DNA of 64,000 nt from Candidatus Micrarchaeota archaeon (GCA_040753215.1 JBFMEZ010000025.1:32001-96000); one strand, 5' to 3'; counted from the first letter of the stretch, positions 55,582 to 64,000 are shown. Made by a program: numbers and translations. Notes: a model not told the origin generated them from the letters alone.

Positions 55582-55803
55582 ATGGTAAGCATAACACTGT
55601 CCGTCCCTCTGGAGCTGAAGAAGGAGATGGAGGTCTTCCCGGAGATGAACTGGAGCGAGGTCGCGAGGCAGGCGATAATCAGGAAACTGCAGATGCTCAA
55701 GAAGTTCAGGGAATTCTCGAAGGAGAGCAAGCTCACAGAAGATGATGCGCTGCGGCTCGGCCAAGAAGTCAGCGCGGCGGTTTCAAGGCGCCACAAGAGA
55801 TGA
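55582..55803 (+). CDS. Antitoxin, ribbon-helix-helix type (VapB-like)
   Basis: MVSITLSVPLELKKEMEVFPEMNWSEVARQAI; 73 aa, directly upstream of a PIN gene. Confidence 0.8.
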   Translation: MVSITLSVPLELKKEMEVFPEMNWSEVARQAIIRKLQMLKKFREFSKESKLTEDDALRLGQEVSAAVSRRHKR

Positions 55804-55807
55804 AGGG

Positions 55808-56203
55808 ATGCAGCTCGTGGTGGATGCGAACATCCTTTTCGCTGCCCTGATAAAGGACAGCAAGACAATCGAGCTTCTTTTCAGCGATTTTGCGATGTTC
55901 TTCGCCCCGGAATTCATACTTGAGGAATTCCAAAAGCACAGGGACGAAATCCTGCAAAAGACCAGCAGGAGCCCGGAGGAGTTTGATTCCGTATTCGAAA
56001 TCCTTAAGGAAGTCATCATCGTTGTGCCAAAAGAGGACTACGAAGGCATGCTTCCCGCCGCGGATAAAATCGCCCCGGACCCTAAAGACGCCCCCTATCT
56101 CGCCCTTGCGCTCAAGTTGAACATTCCGATATGGAGCAACGATAAGAGGCTAAAAACCCAAAACGAAGTGAACGTATACAGCACAAAAGAGCTTTTGGGA
56201 TAA
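55808..56203 (+). CDS. PIN-domain toxin (VapC-like)
   Basis: LVVDANILFAAL, DPKDAPYLALA and IWSNDKRL motifs. Confidence 0.9.
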   Translation: MQLVVDANILFAALIKDSKTIELLFSDFAMFFAPEFILEEFQKHRDEILQKTSRSPEEFDSVFEILKEVIIVVPKEDYEGMLPAADKIAPDPKDAPYLALALKLNIPIWSNDKRLKTQNEVNVYSTKELLG

Positions 56204-56251
56204 GCAAAGGACCCGGTCAAGTTTTTGCAGGAGTTTGCGGCGGCATTCTGA
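56204..56251 (+). repeat. Duplicate of the tpiA 3' end
   Basis: 44/48 nt identical to 54620-54667, first 32 nt exact, including the stop codon. Confidence 0.92.
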
Positions 56252-56298
56252 AAAGTGTGGTAATAGCTTCTTAAATATTCCCATATACTAATACCTTT

Positions 56299-57131
56299 AT
56301 GAACGCTACAATTCATGCAGCAAGATTGATCCGCGGCCCGGCGCTGGAAGTGCTCGTCCCCAGGAGCAGGGGCGTGCCTTTTGACGAGGCGCTCGGGGTT
56401 GCGGAGCGGGGAAGGATGTTATTGCTTCAAACCTGAGATTGCACAGGGCACAAACAACCGGGGAGTGGAGGGCCATTAGAGAAGTTTTTGCATGCTGGAC
56501 GGGTACAATGGTGGGCTTCGTGGAGCCGGGCGAAAGGCTTGGGGAGGCAATTGTGTGGAACGAGCCCGGAACAGCCATTGAAAGGGTTTTCCCGGTTCCA
56601 AAGAGGTTCAGGGAGCTGAGGGATTGCGCCCTTGTTGTGGAACATCCATATTACACTATTGAGCCAAAGGGGAATGAAAGGATTGTCAGGGCAGAAAGGG
56701 GAAAGGTGGAAGTTGTAGAGGAATTGCCACCTGAGGATGGCTTTTATCTTATAGACCCGAAGCACGGCATCCCGCAGGGAAAAAAAGTGGAGCCAGAAGG
56801 TCGGGTGGATTTGGCAAATCTGTCTAGGATTGCGAAAAGGGTGGGCCTTGTTGCCTGCGGCAACAACAACTGGGGCGGCTACGTCAGGCGGTACGTCGAC
56901 GCGGTCTACCAGGTGTCCTGCAGGCTCGGGGTGGCAGTGGAAGCCCCCGGAGGGGGCGCGCCGAAAATGCACCGCCAACACAGAGGAGAAGCGCTGGAAT
57001 AAGCCAAGCGCCTCGCGCAAGGCGCGGCATCTGCAGTTGAGCATCTAGGCACGGTGGTCGCAGCCGAGCGCCTAGAAGAGATAAGGGCGTTGATTGCGGC
57101 AGTTGAAATTGAGCATTCCACCCATCTCTGA
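56299..57131 (+). pseudogene. Disrupted gene with a DGR variable-repeat-like C-terminal segment
   Basis: ATG 56299 (MNATIHAARLIRGPALEVLVP...); frameshift near 56405-56417 into VIASNLRL...; TAA 57000-57002 followed by an in-frame helical tail to TGA 57131. NNC-rich block 56855-56927. Confidence 0.7.
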
Positions 57132-57299
57132 TGGGTGGTGGGGGGTGGAATGCAGCTGTCAAAATGCTCCCAGTGCGAGCGCCCTTGCAAGCCACCGGCC
57201 TGCGGCCGGTGGTGGCGCGAGCATTTTGACAATCTCTAGCCCGCCAGCGCGAAAACATATAGTCCAAACTATGCAAATATCATAGCCGGGACTATATTT

Positions 57300-58730
57300 C
57301 TATCTGACCGGCAAGGAGTCAAACATCCGCGTTATATCTTTCAACTCCAGCCCAACCACCCCCCGCTCTTCCATGTATCTTTTCGCAGATGGCGTAAATC
57401 CTGCCTTCGCAACGACCAGCATCCTTACGTTTGAGCGCTGTTCATGCGTGCAGGAAAGGAAGGAAATCCTGCTCTCAAGCTCCGCCACAACCTGCGCGTC
57501 AGCAGGCGTGTTCTCCCACTTCACCTCGCCCACGAGCATGGATTTCTTCCCAAGCGCTACGATATCCATGTCTCCCTCCTTGCGCCCCCACCAGCTTCCA
57601 AGCTCGTAGAACTCCAGAACCGCGTCCCCAAGCTTTTTGCCGTTCCATTTCGCCAAAAGCTCCTTCACCACGCTTTCAAACACGCGCCCTTCGAAAGCAG
57701 GCATCTCCGCCGCAATCCTTTCCTTGACATAATTGTAGTTCTCTATCTCAAGCGCGGAAAGGTTCCTGAACACGAAATTGTACCAGAAGGCGAAGAAATT
57801 GTCCTGGAAAACATACTGCGGCCGGTGCTTGCCGCAGAGGGGCGTAATCTTTTTTATGAGCTCAAGGTACTTCTCCAGCTTGTTCAGGTAAAAACCCATC
57901 TGGCCTGCGCCAATCCCGGTCTGGTCAGATATTTCCTTCGGATTCCTGTGCCCGCCAGCAATTGCTGCCAGGATGGAATTGTACCTTCCCGTATTCTTCA
58001 GCTCCATCCGCAGGAGCGCCTGCGGCTCGTCGCGCAGAAGCCCGTCCTTCTTCAGCATTGCCGCCTCCACAACCCCCATGTACTTTGAAGCGTCGGTGCA
58101 CTGCTCCGCAAAGCGCAGGTAGCTCGGCATCCCGCCGTAAGTTGCATAAAGCTTCATGAGCATCCCTTCATCAATCCCCGGAAGCGCCTGCCTGAACGAC
58201 TGGTAGTCAAAAGGGCGAAGCTTTATCCGTGCGGTCGCCCTCCCAAAGAGAGGCGATTTGCTGCTTATCGCTATGCGTTGTATCGCGCCAACCGCTGAGC
58301 CGAGGAAAACAACCATTATCGGCACATCTTTGAGCTTGGTGTCCCATAATTTCTGGAACCTAGTGAAGGCCCTCGGGTCCGTGCGCATTCTCTGGAATTC
58401 ATCAATCACTACGACGGTCTTCCTTTCCCCCGCCCTCTCACCGAGAAATGAGAAGAAAGACTCCCACGCCCTGAAGTCTGCCCTGACCTCCGGCCACGAT
58501 ATGGATACATCTTCGGATATTGAACGGAGCATGTCCGCAGGAGCCCTCTCGTCCACGAGAATGTAAGCTCCTTCGTCCTTGGGAACGTTGTCGGCGAGGA
58601 ATTTCCTTACAAGCTCGGTTTTCCCAACCCTCCTCCTGCCATACAGGATGATTAGTTCCCCGCGGCGCAGGTTCTCAAACCTCTGCCTGAAAGTTTCCAG
58701 CTCCTCTTTTCTGTCGGTGAATTTTACCAT
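57300..58730 (-). CDS. Archaeal AAA ATPase (ATPase_2 plus DUF234, C-terminal PD-(D/E)xK-like domain)
   Basis: FTDRKEEL, YGRRRVGKT, IDEFQ, DNFFAFWYNFV and DMDIVA...GEVKW motifs. Confidence 0.9.
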   Translation of the reverse strand: MVKFTDRKEELETFRQRFENLRRGELIILYGRRRVGKTELVRKFLADNVPKDEGAYILVDERAPADMLRSISEDVSISWPEVRADFRAWESFFSFLGERAGERKTVVVIDEFQRMRTDPRAFTRFQKLWDTKLKDVPIMVVFLGSAVGAIQRIAISSKSPLFGRATARIKLRPFDYQSFRQALPGIDEGMLMKLYATYGGMPSYLRFAEQCTDASKYMGVVEAAMLKKDGLLRDEPQALLRMELKNTGRYNSILAAIAGGHRNPKEISDQTGIGAGQMGFYLNKLEKYLELIKKITPLCGKHRPQYVFQDNFFAFWYNFVFRNLSALEIENYNYVKERIAAEMPAFEGRVFESVVKELLAKWNGKKLGDAVLEFYELGSWWGRKEGDMDIVALGKKSMLVGEVKWENTPADAQVVAELESRISFLSCTHEQRSNVRMLVVAKAGFTPSAKRYMEERGVVGLELKDITRMFDSLPVR

Positions 58731-58802
58731 GCACAATACTTATAGTTCAAACTATATAAATGTTATTGTTTCGGCTATAACTTAGAAAACCAGCACAAGT
58801 AG

Positions 58803-60707
58803 TCATCCGTAAAATATCGGCCTCAGAGACAATTCCTTGGGCATGCTGAGCTGCTCAAATGGTTTATCCGCAGTTTTCTTCTTAATCTCCGCAGCCAGCT
58901 CCTCAGCCTTCATCTCTTTCTTTTCCCCGGTCTCACGAACAGTAACAGAAAGCTTGCCGCTCTCCATTTCCTTGTCCCCAACCACAGCAACATAAGGAAC
59001 CCAGTCCTTTTCCGCCTGCCTTATCTTCTTTGCGAGGCTTTCCTGCGTATCATCGATGTCCGTCCGTACCCCCTCAAACTTTGCAAACAGTTTCCCTGCA
59101 TATTCCAGATGCCTGTCTGCAATAGGAATAATCCGCACCTGCGTTGGAGAAAGCCAGAGCGGAAGCATCGCCTTCTCCCCCTTCTCCATCCTCATCGCTT
59201 CCTTCTCCAAGAGAGCATAGACCACCCTTTCCAGGCTCCCGGAAATGGATGCATGCGTAATCACGGGCTTCTTCCTGCTTCCATCCTCATCCACATAATG
59301 GATTCCGTACGTGCCTGCATTCTCCACATCAATCTGCACCGTAGTAAGTGCAGAAGCCTTGTCCATCGAATCCAAAAAGTTGAACTCAAATTTCGTAATG
59401 AAGTACGCATACCTCTCATCAAACATCTCCACAAGCACCGGCTTTCCAATCCTCTTCACCATCCTCGCATACCATTCCTTATTTTTCTCATAGAAATCCG
59501 TCTCTATGCGGAAGCCCACCTCCGCCTTCTCAAACAACCCAACCGAAGAAAGCCAGGAAATCCCAAGCCCAAGCTGCCTCTCAAACTCCTCCTGCGCCTG
59601 TGGAATGTCCCTGCAGAGGGCGTGCATATCCGGCATCGTGAAAGCCCGCAATCTCTTCAGCCCGGCGAGCTCCCCTCCCTGCTCGCGCCTAAATGAATAG
59701 CGCGTCAATTCATACATTTTCAAAGGAAGGTGCCTGTGCGAAATCACCATTCCCGTGGCCATCAAAAACTGCCCGAAGCAGGCGGAGAACCGTAAAAACA
59801 GCTTCTTCTCGTCCGAAAGCACCACATACTGCCTCGCAGGGAAGCGGTCAAGGTATTTCTTCAGCGTCGGGTGCTCAAAATCATACATCACGGGCGTCTC
59901 CACCTCCATCGCCCCATAATCCACGCAGAAATCCGTTATGTCCTTCTCAAGTATTCTTTTGATCAGCCGCCCGTTCGGGTACCAGCGGAAGTTCCCCTGA
60001 TCCGTCCCAGGCTCGTAATCCACGAACTCGTGCTCCTTCATTATCTTCACGTGCGGCGGCTCCTTCTCATACGCCCGCACCTTCTTGGCCTCATAGGTCA
60101 TGAACTTATGCAATCCCTCATGTCCCTTGTAATTGAACTTCTCATGCTCAACCAGCTTCCCTTCCGGAGTAAGCACATAGAACCTGCTCTGCAGCCCCGC
60201 CTCCTTTTTTAGGGATTCCGAAACCCTCTCTTCGCTCTCCACGCCCTTTATCTTCATCTCCTTTTTCTCTGCCTTCATTCCCGGAGTGAAAACGCGCGAA
60301 AGCTCACTAAGCGGATGGCCTTTTGCCTCCACCTTGAATTTTTTATAATAGCCGAAAGGCGCCCTAAGCACCGTAAACCCGTTCTCCTTCAGCGCCCCCT
60401 CGATATCCTTGAGCAATTGTATCGCCGCTTCCGGAGAGGATGGCGTGCTCCCAAAAAGAAGGTGCGCATACGGATAAAGCATCACATTCCTGCATTTCAC
60501 CTGCTCGGAGACAGACAAAAGGTCATCCACGGCCTGCTGCGCAATCCCGTTCAGGTCCTCCTCATCGCTCTTCTCCACCGCAATCCGGACCCAGATTACG
60601 TCCTTCATCTCGCCTTTTTCCATTTCCTTGGGAATAGCTTCCGCAAACTTGGTCTTCCTGGTGGTCTCGTACGAAACCCTGTCCGCATGGATGATAAGCT
60701 CCTTCAT
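58803..60707 (-). CDS. thrS: Threonine--tRNA ligase, archaeal type with N-terminal editing domain
   Basis: LYPYAHL, APFGYYK, GHPLSELS, LRFSACFGQF and RAFTMPDMH motifs. Confidence 0.97.
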   Translation of the reverse strand: MKELIIHADRVSYETTRKTKFAEAIPKEMEKGEMKDVIWVRIAVEKSDEEDLNGIAQQAVDDLLSVSEQVKCRNVMLYPYAHLLFGSTPSSPEAAIQLLKDIEGALKENGFTVLRAPFGYYKKFKVEAKGHPLSELSRVFTPGMKAEKKEMKIKGVESEERVSESLKKEAGLQSRFYVLTPEGKLVEHEKFNYKGHEGLHKFMTYEAKKVRAYEKEPPHVKIMKEHEFVDYEPGTDQGNFRWYPNGRLIKRILEKDITDFCVDYGAMEVETPVMYDFEHPTLKKYLDRFPARQYVVLSDEKKLFLRFSACFGQFLMATGMVISHRHLPLKMYELTRYSFRREQGGELAGLKRLRAFTMPDMHALCRDIPQAQEEFERQLGLGISWLSSVGLFEKAEVGFRIETDFYEKNKEWYARMVKRIGKPVLVEMFDERYAYFITKFEFNFLDSMDKASALTTVQIDVENAGTYGIHYVDEDGSRKKPVITHASISGSLERVVYALLEKEAMRMEKGEKAMLPLWLSPTQVRIIPIADRHLEYAGKLFAKFEGVRTDIDDTQESLAKKIRQAEKDWVPYVAVVGDKEMESGKLSVTVRETGEKKEMKAEELAAEIKKKTADKPFEQLSMPKELSLRPIFYG

Positions 60708-60723
60708 CTGTAATACCTCTATA

Positions 60724-60741
60724 ATGTAACCATGGTTACAT
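60724..60741. repeat. Palindrome ATGTAACCATGGTTACAT, copy 4, followed by inverted heptamer arrays (to about 60799)
   Basis: Perfect 18-bp palindrome 16 bp upstream of the thrS ATG. Confidence 0.9.
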
Positions 60742-60800
60742 GCCAGTTTTCAGCTTCCGGTCTCCAGTTTCCAGAACGGGAAACCCGAAACAGGAAACCA

Positions 60801-62447
60801 TCAATCCCCAACCCCCTCTATAATAGCGGCATAAGCCGGCCTGGATATCAGCAATCCAAGCAGCGCACCCAGTATTGTCGAAATCGCGAACCCGATAATC
60901 TCCACCATTCCGGAGAAAAGCAAAGGAACCATCGCAAACACAGCCACCGTAACCGTAGTCGTCACAATCTCGAACGCCTTCGCCAGCTTCTCCTCCCTCG
61001 TCCCTTCCTTCTTCAGCAGCTCATCCGTAATCACGATCTGCGAGTCCACTCCCACCCCAATCGCCGCAATAATCCCCGCCATCCCGGCCAGATCAATAGT
61101 GAAAGACCCTATCACCGAAAGAAGTATCACCATCTCAGAGACGCTTATCGCAATAATGGGCAGGAGTATGCTCACCTTCCTGTACCTCAGCGAAACAAGG
61201 ATGGAGATAGCCACAAGCGCCAGCCCGAGCCCTATTATGCTCAGCCTCAGGAACTCTTCTCCCAAAGGTGCGGGAACCACGGTCTTGGAACCGATGGAAA
61301 TCTGCACAGGAAGCGCCCCGCCCTTCAGGATGGATTCTATCTTCCTCTCGCTCTCATAAGCATTCCTTGTCTTGTCCGCTCCCGTCCCCTGCGCAGCCCC
61401 GCCTATCTGGAACCCATAATTAGGTATCCCCGTAGTAATAGAAGGCGAAAGCCGCGGCGATGAAAGCAGCCCGACCGCCTTCCACTCATCCACCGTAGTC
61501 CCCTGCACATCCTCCGAATACTGGAATTTTGGGGAAATCTCCCCATCCTCCACAACACTTAGCACGAACCCCTTCGCTTCCAGCTGGCTTCCAATCTCCC
61601 CAGCCAGCGAGCTTGAAACAATCGCCTTCGTCCTGTTTGTTTTCGGCGTAAGGTTTCCCAAACCCCCATCATAAACATACAGCCCAATATCATTCCCATC
61701 CAGCCGCAGCGCCTCCTCCATCGCGGATAGAATCCCCTCCCTGTCCGCAACCTGCGCATTCCTGCCCAGCTCTTCCCATGCAGCCACCACAACCGCATCG
61801 TTCGGCCTGTCCAGGAACATGTATATGGGATAATTCCCCTTTCCCTTCACCGCTTCCGCAAAATGCTCCGCCCCCTCCCTGTTCACCGAGAACGCGACCC
61901 CCCAGTCCTCCCCCCTTAGCGCTGAAGGCGGCACCCTGTAAATAGTTCCCGGGAGTATATACTCCCCCCTCATCGCCTCCTTCCCGTCCACAACCCCGGT
62001 ATACACCCCCTGGTGGGCAAGCACGTCCTCAACTGATTTTATGAAACCCGGGTCCGAGCTCGGCACCTCCACGTTTATCTGCGATTCACCGACCGCCCTC
62101 ACCTTCACTTCCGTAAGCCCAAACGCGGATGCCCTTTTCTTTATCGTATTCACCATCTCGTCCATAAGGCTCGATGGCACAGGCTGCTCCAGTATTACCG
62201 GAATCCTCGTCCCCCCGCTGAAATCTATCCCGAACTTCAGCCCGTGCAGCCCCATGTTGAAAAGCGCAAGGAGTATTATCGCCCCCAGCCCCATCATCTT
62301 CAGCTCTTTCCCGTGCCAGAAGTGCGTGAGTGCCCCGAACACGATTAGCGCGAGCATGAGGAAAAGTCCGGAGAAAACCGGATAGAGATAAATGGCAGCA
62401 GCGAAAAGGAGGACAAGCGCAGCCAGCACTTTCTTTGCGTCTATCAT
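60801..62447 (-). CDS. secD: Protein translocase subunit SecD
   Basis: GIDFSGGT, GGALPV, IDLAGMAGIIAAIGVGVDSQIVITDE. Start taken at MIDAKK (62447). Confidence 0.93.
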   Translation of the reverse strand: MIDAKKVLAALVLLFAAAIYLYPVFSGLFLMLALIVFGALTHFWHGKELKMMGLGAIILLALFNMGLHGLKFGIDFSGGTRIPVILEQPVPSSLMDEMVNTIKKRASAFGLTEVKVRAVGESQINVEVPSSDPGFIKSVEDVLAHQGVYTGVVDGKEAMRGEYILPGTIYRVPPSALRGEDWGVAFSVNREGAEHFAEAVKGKGNYPIYMFLDRPNDAVVVAAWEELGRNAQVADREGILSAMEEALRLDGNDIGLYVYDGGLGNLTPKTNRTKAIVSSSLAGEIGSQLEAKGFVLSVVEDGEISPKFQYSEDVQGTTVDEWKAVGLLSSPRLSPSITTGIPNYGFQIGGAAQGTGADKTRNAYESERKIESILKGGALPVQISIGSKTVVPAPLGEEFLRLSIIGLGLALVAISILVSLRYRKVSILLPIIAISVSEMVILLSVIGSFTIDLAGMAGIIAAIGVGVDSQIVITDELLKKEGTREEKLAKAFEIVTTTVTVAVFAMVPLLFSGMVEIIGFAISTILGALLGLLISRPAYAAIIEGVGD

Positions 62448-62587
62448 TTTTTCTCCCCACCCATGTGCTCCTTGTAATACAACACCATCACCGCTCTCCT
62501 TTTTTCTCGCTCCAGCTCGCCAGTGGCTCGCTTCCGCTCTGTGCGGCAAATAGGCAAAAAGGAGACCAAAAACCCCAGACTATTCAT
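62444..62587 (-). other. 47-codon chimeric spacer ORF ending in a second secF 3' end
   Basis: MNSLGF...RRAVMVLYYKEHMGGEKK*; 62466-62494 matches 62606-62634 at 26/29 nt; ATGA overlaps at both ends. Confidence 0.65.
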
Positions 62588-63690
62588 CCGCCCACCTTCG
62601 CCGCATGCTCCTTATACCACAACACCATCACCGCATTTAATCCCCAGGTCGCAAACACGTCCCCAACCAGCCCCGCGAGCGCAACCGCCGAAATCTCATA
62701 ATAAACCGCTATGTGCGTAATCACCGAGACCGCAAACAGCACCAGGAAGGCAACCATCGCCGAGAAGCTCATCGTCATCCCGGTCTTCATCGCATCAAAC
62801 GCGTTCTCCCTCGGGTCGCCCCTCCTCTTCACCAGCCGCGTGGTCAGCAGCACATCCGTGTCCAGCGAGAACCCGACAAGCATCAGCAATGCCGCAAACG
62901 AAGGCAATGTAAGCGGTATTCCGAAAATGCTCATCGCGCCCAGCGCTATTACCACATCGCTCGCAGCGCCCGTAAGCACCGCAAGGCTCGGCACGAGCGT
63001 CCTGAAGAAAAAGAACACCAGGATAGTGCTGAGTATTGCGGAGAAAACAACAACATTGAACGCCTGCTCGAGGAAGTGCGTGCTAAGCGCCGGGCTCACG
63101 GTCACCGCCGACCTGCTCGTGTATTCCACGCCCCTGTCCACAACCCCCATCACCTGCTCCATCTGCAGGTCGCTCATCCTCATGTAGGCCTCGTTGAATG
63201 CGCCCCTGAGCGCATTCAGGTTGGTGTAAAGCCTCGCCTCTGTATTCGACCCCGCGAGCTCAAACATCCTGTCCGCAATCCCATCCAGCTTCTCCCTCTC
63301 CGCCTCATACTCCGCCTGCACCGATGCGTTCTGGTTCGCCTCCGCCTCCAGCCGCGCCACCTTATCCAGCTGCGTGCCGAACTCCGCCTTCAGGTCGTCC
63401 GCCTCATACATCTGCTCGGTCTGCGACACCTCTATCTCCATCTTCCTCCCCAGCTCGCTCTCGTACATCTTCACGTTCGCATCAAAGCCGGCAGCCCTCA
63501 GGTCCTCCTGCAGTGCGGCCGCATCCGGCTGGTTCGTCACTTCTAAAGTTATGAGCGTCCCCCCCCTGAAATCCACGCCCAGCTTCAGGTTGGGCAGGTA
63601 GTATATGGATAAGATTATGAGTATGAGCGGGAATATGAGCAACAGCCGGTAATCTCCCTTATATATATTAGGAATCATCTTATACCCCAA
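62584..63690 (-). CDS. secF: Protein translocase subunit SecF
   Basis: GVDFRGGT, AALLMLVGFSLDTDVLLT and TWGLNA motifs. Confidence 0.93.
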   Translation of the reverse strand: MGYKMIPNIYKGDYRLLLIFPLILIILSIYYLPNLKLGVDFRGGTLITLEVTNQPDAAALQEDLRAAGFDANVKMYESELGRKMEIEVSQTEQMYEADDLKAEFGTQLDKVARLEAEANQNASVQAEYEAEREKLDGIADRMFELAGSNTEARLYTNLNALRGAFNEAYMRMSDLQMEQVMGVVDRGVEYTSRSAVTVSPALSTHFLEQAFNVVVFSAILSTILVFFFFRTLVPSLAVLTGAASDVVIALGAMSIFGIPLTLPSFAALLMLVGFSLDTDVLLTTRLVKRRGDPRENAFDAMKTGMTMSFSAMVAFLVLFAVSVITHIAVYYEISAVALAGLVGDVFATWGLNAVMVLWYKEHAAKVGG

Positions 63691-63714
63691 AAACCTGTCT
63701 GTATTATCCGATAA

Positions 63715-63754
63715 TGTTTATAAAATACCGACTTTGTTTATAAAATACCGACTT
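63715..63754. repeat. Perfect 20-bp tandem duplication in the secF promoter region
   Basis: TGTTTATAAAATACCGACTT x2. Confidence 0.9.
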
Positions 63755-63817
63755 TCAGCATCTCCTTCTCCGTCCTATGCGCGGGTTTTTAAAAACGAAT
63801 CATTATAATAAATAGTT

Positions 63818-64000
63818 ATGCATGGTTCTATCACAGCCAGCGCCAGAGTGGTGCCTTCCCGCAATAGGAGCCTTCGCGGCAGGCCTCCGCTTGAAAATGT
63901 GGTCGCCGCGATCCTAAAGCCGGCGGGCCGCACGAAAGAAGAGGTGGCTTCCGCAGAGCAGGAGCTAGTCCAGAGGCGGGATTCCGGCAATTTGGGTAAA
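63818..64000 (+). CDS. Hypothetical protein, partial at window edge
   Basis: MHGSITASARVVPSRNRSLRGRPPLENVV... open to the window end; TTTTAAAA about 25 bp upstream. Confidence 0.5.
   Translation, partial: MHGSITASARVVPSRNRSLRGRPPLENVVAAILKPAGRTKEEVASAEQELVQRRDSGNLGK

Noticed and set aside
55443..55868. 141-aa minus-strand ORF as a real gene
   Set aside because: Mostly antisense to vapBC; only its last 14 codons are meaningful, as the thrS 3' copy.
54670..58800. Complete DGR or provirus in the variable locus
   Set aside because: No reverse transcriptase, template repeat, Avd, integrase or capsid gene visible.

Overview
A 64-kb segment of a GC-rich archaeal chromosome. The gene set (thermosome, PCNA, TFE, Nre, Hef, archaeal ThrRS/SecDF), the multi-intron tRNA and the many orphan genes suggest DPANN, probably Micrarchaeota; this placement is inferred. 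The backbone is housekeeping: pyrK/pyrD, purD/purL/purQ/purF, pheT, thrS, glmU/glmM, tpiA, pepA and secDF. Unusual content, all found by eye: (1) a chromosomal operon of a pilin-like protein, two membrane proteins and a VirB4/HerA-type ATPase with an intein, resembling Ced/Ted/T4SS machines; (2) a modular repeat family of GGAAAC(C/T) heptamer arrays, four copies of the palindrome GTAACCATGGTTAC, and a four-hairpin UNCG-tetraloop element whose stems covary between copies; (3) a 204-bp IS200/IS605-like non-autonomous element whose removal restores one palindrome; (4) a 300-bp MITE with a 10-11 bp target-site duplication that includes a start codon; (5) a tpiA-thrS variable locus with duplicated gene 3' ends, a VapBC pair and two genes with DGR variable-repeat signatures; (6) an apparently catalytically dead glutamine synthetase; (7) a two-intron tRNA-Phe and a C/D-box sRNA; (8) a 2758-aa repeat/HEAT protein. 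No CRISPR array, rRNA, transposase or reverse transcriptase was seen. No database searches were run, so family calls rest on recognised motifs.
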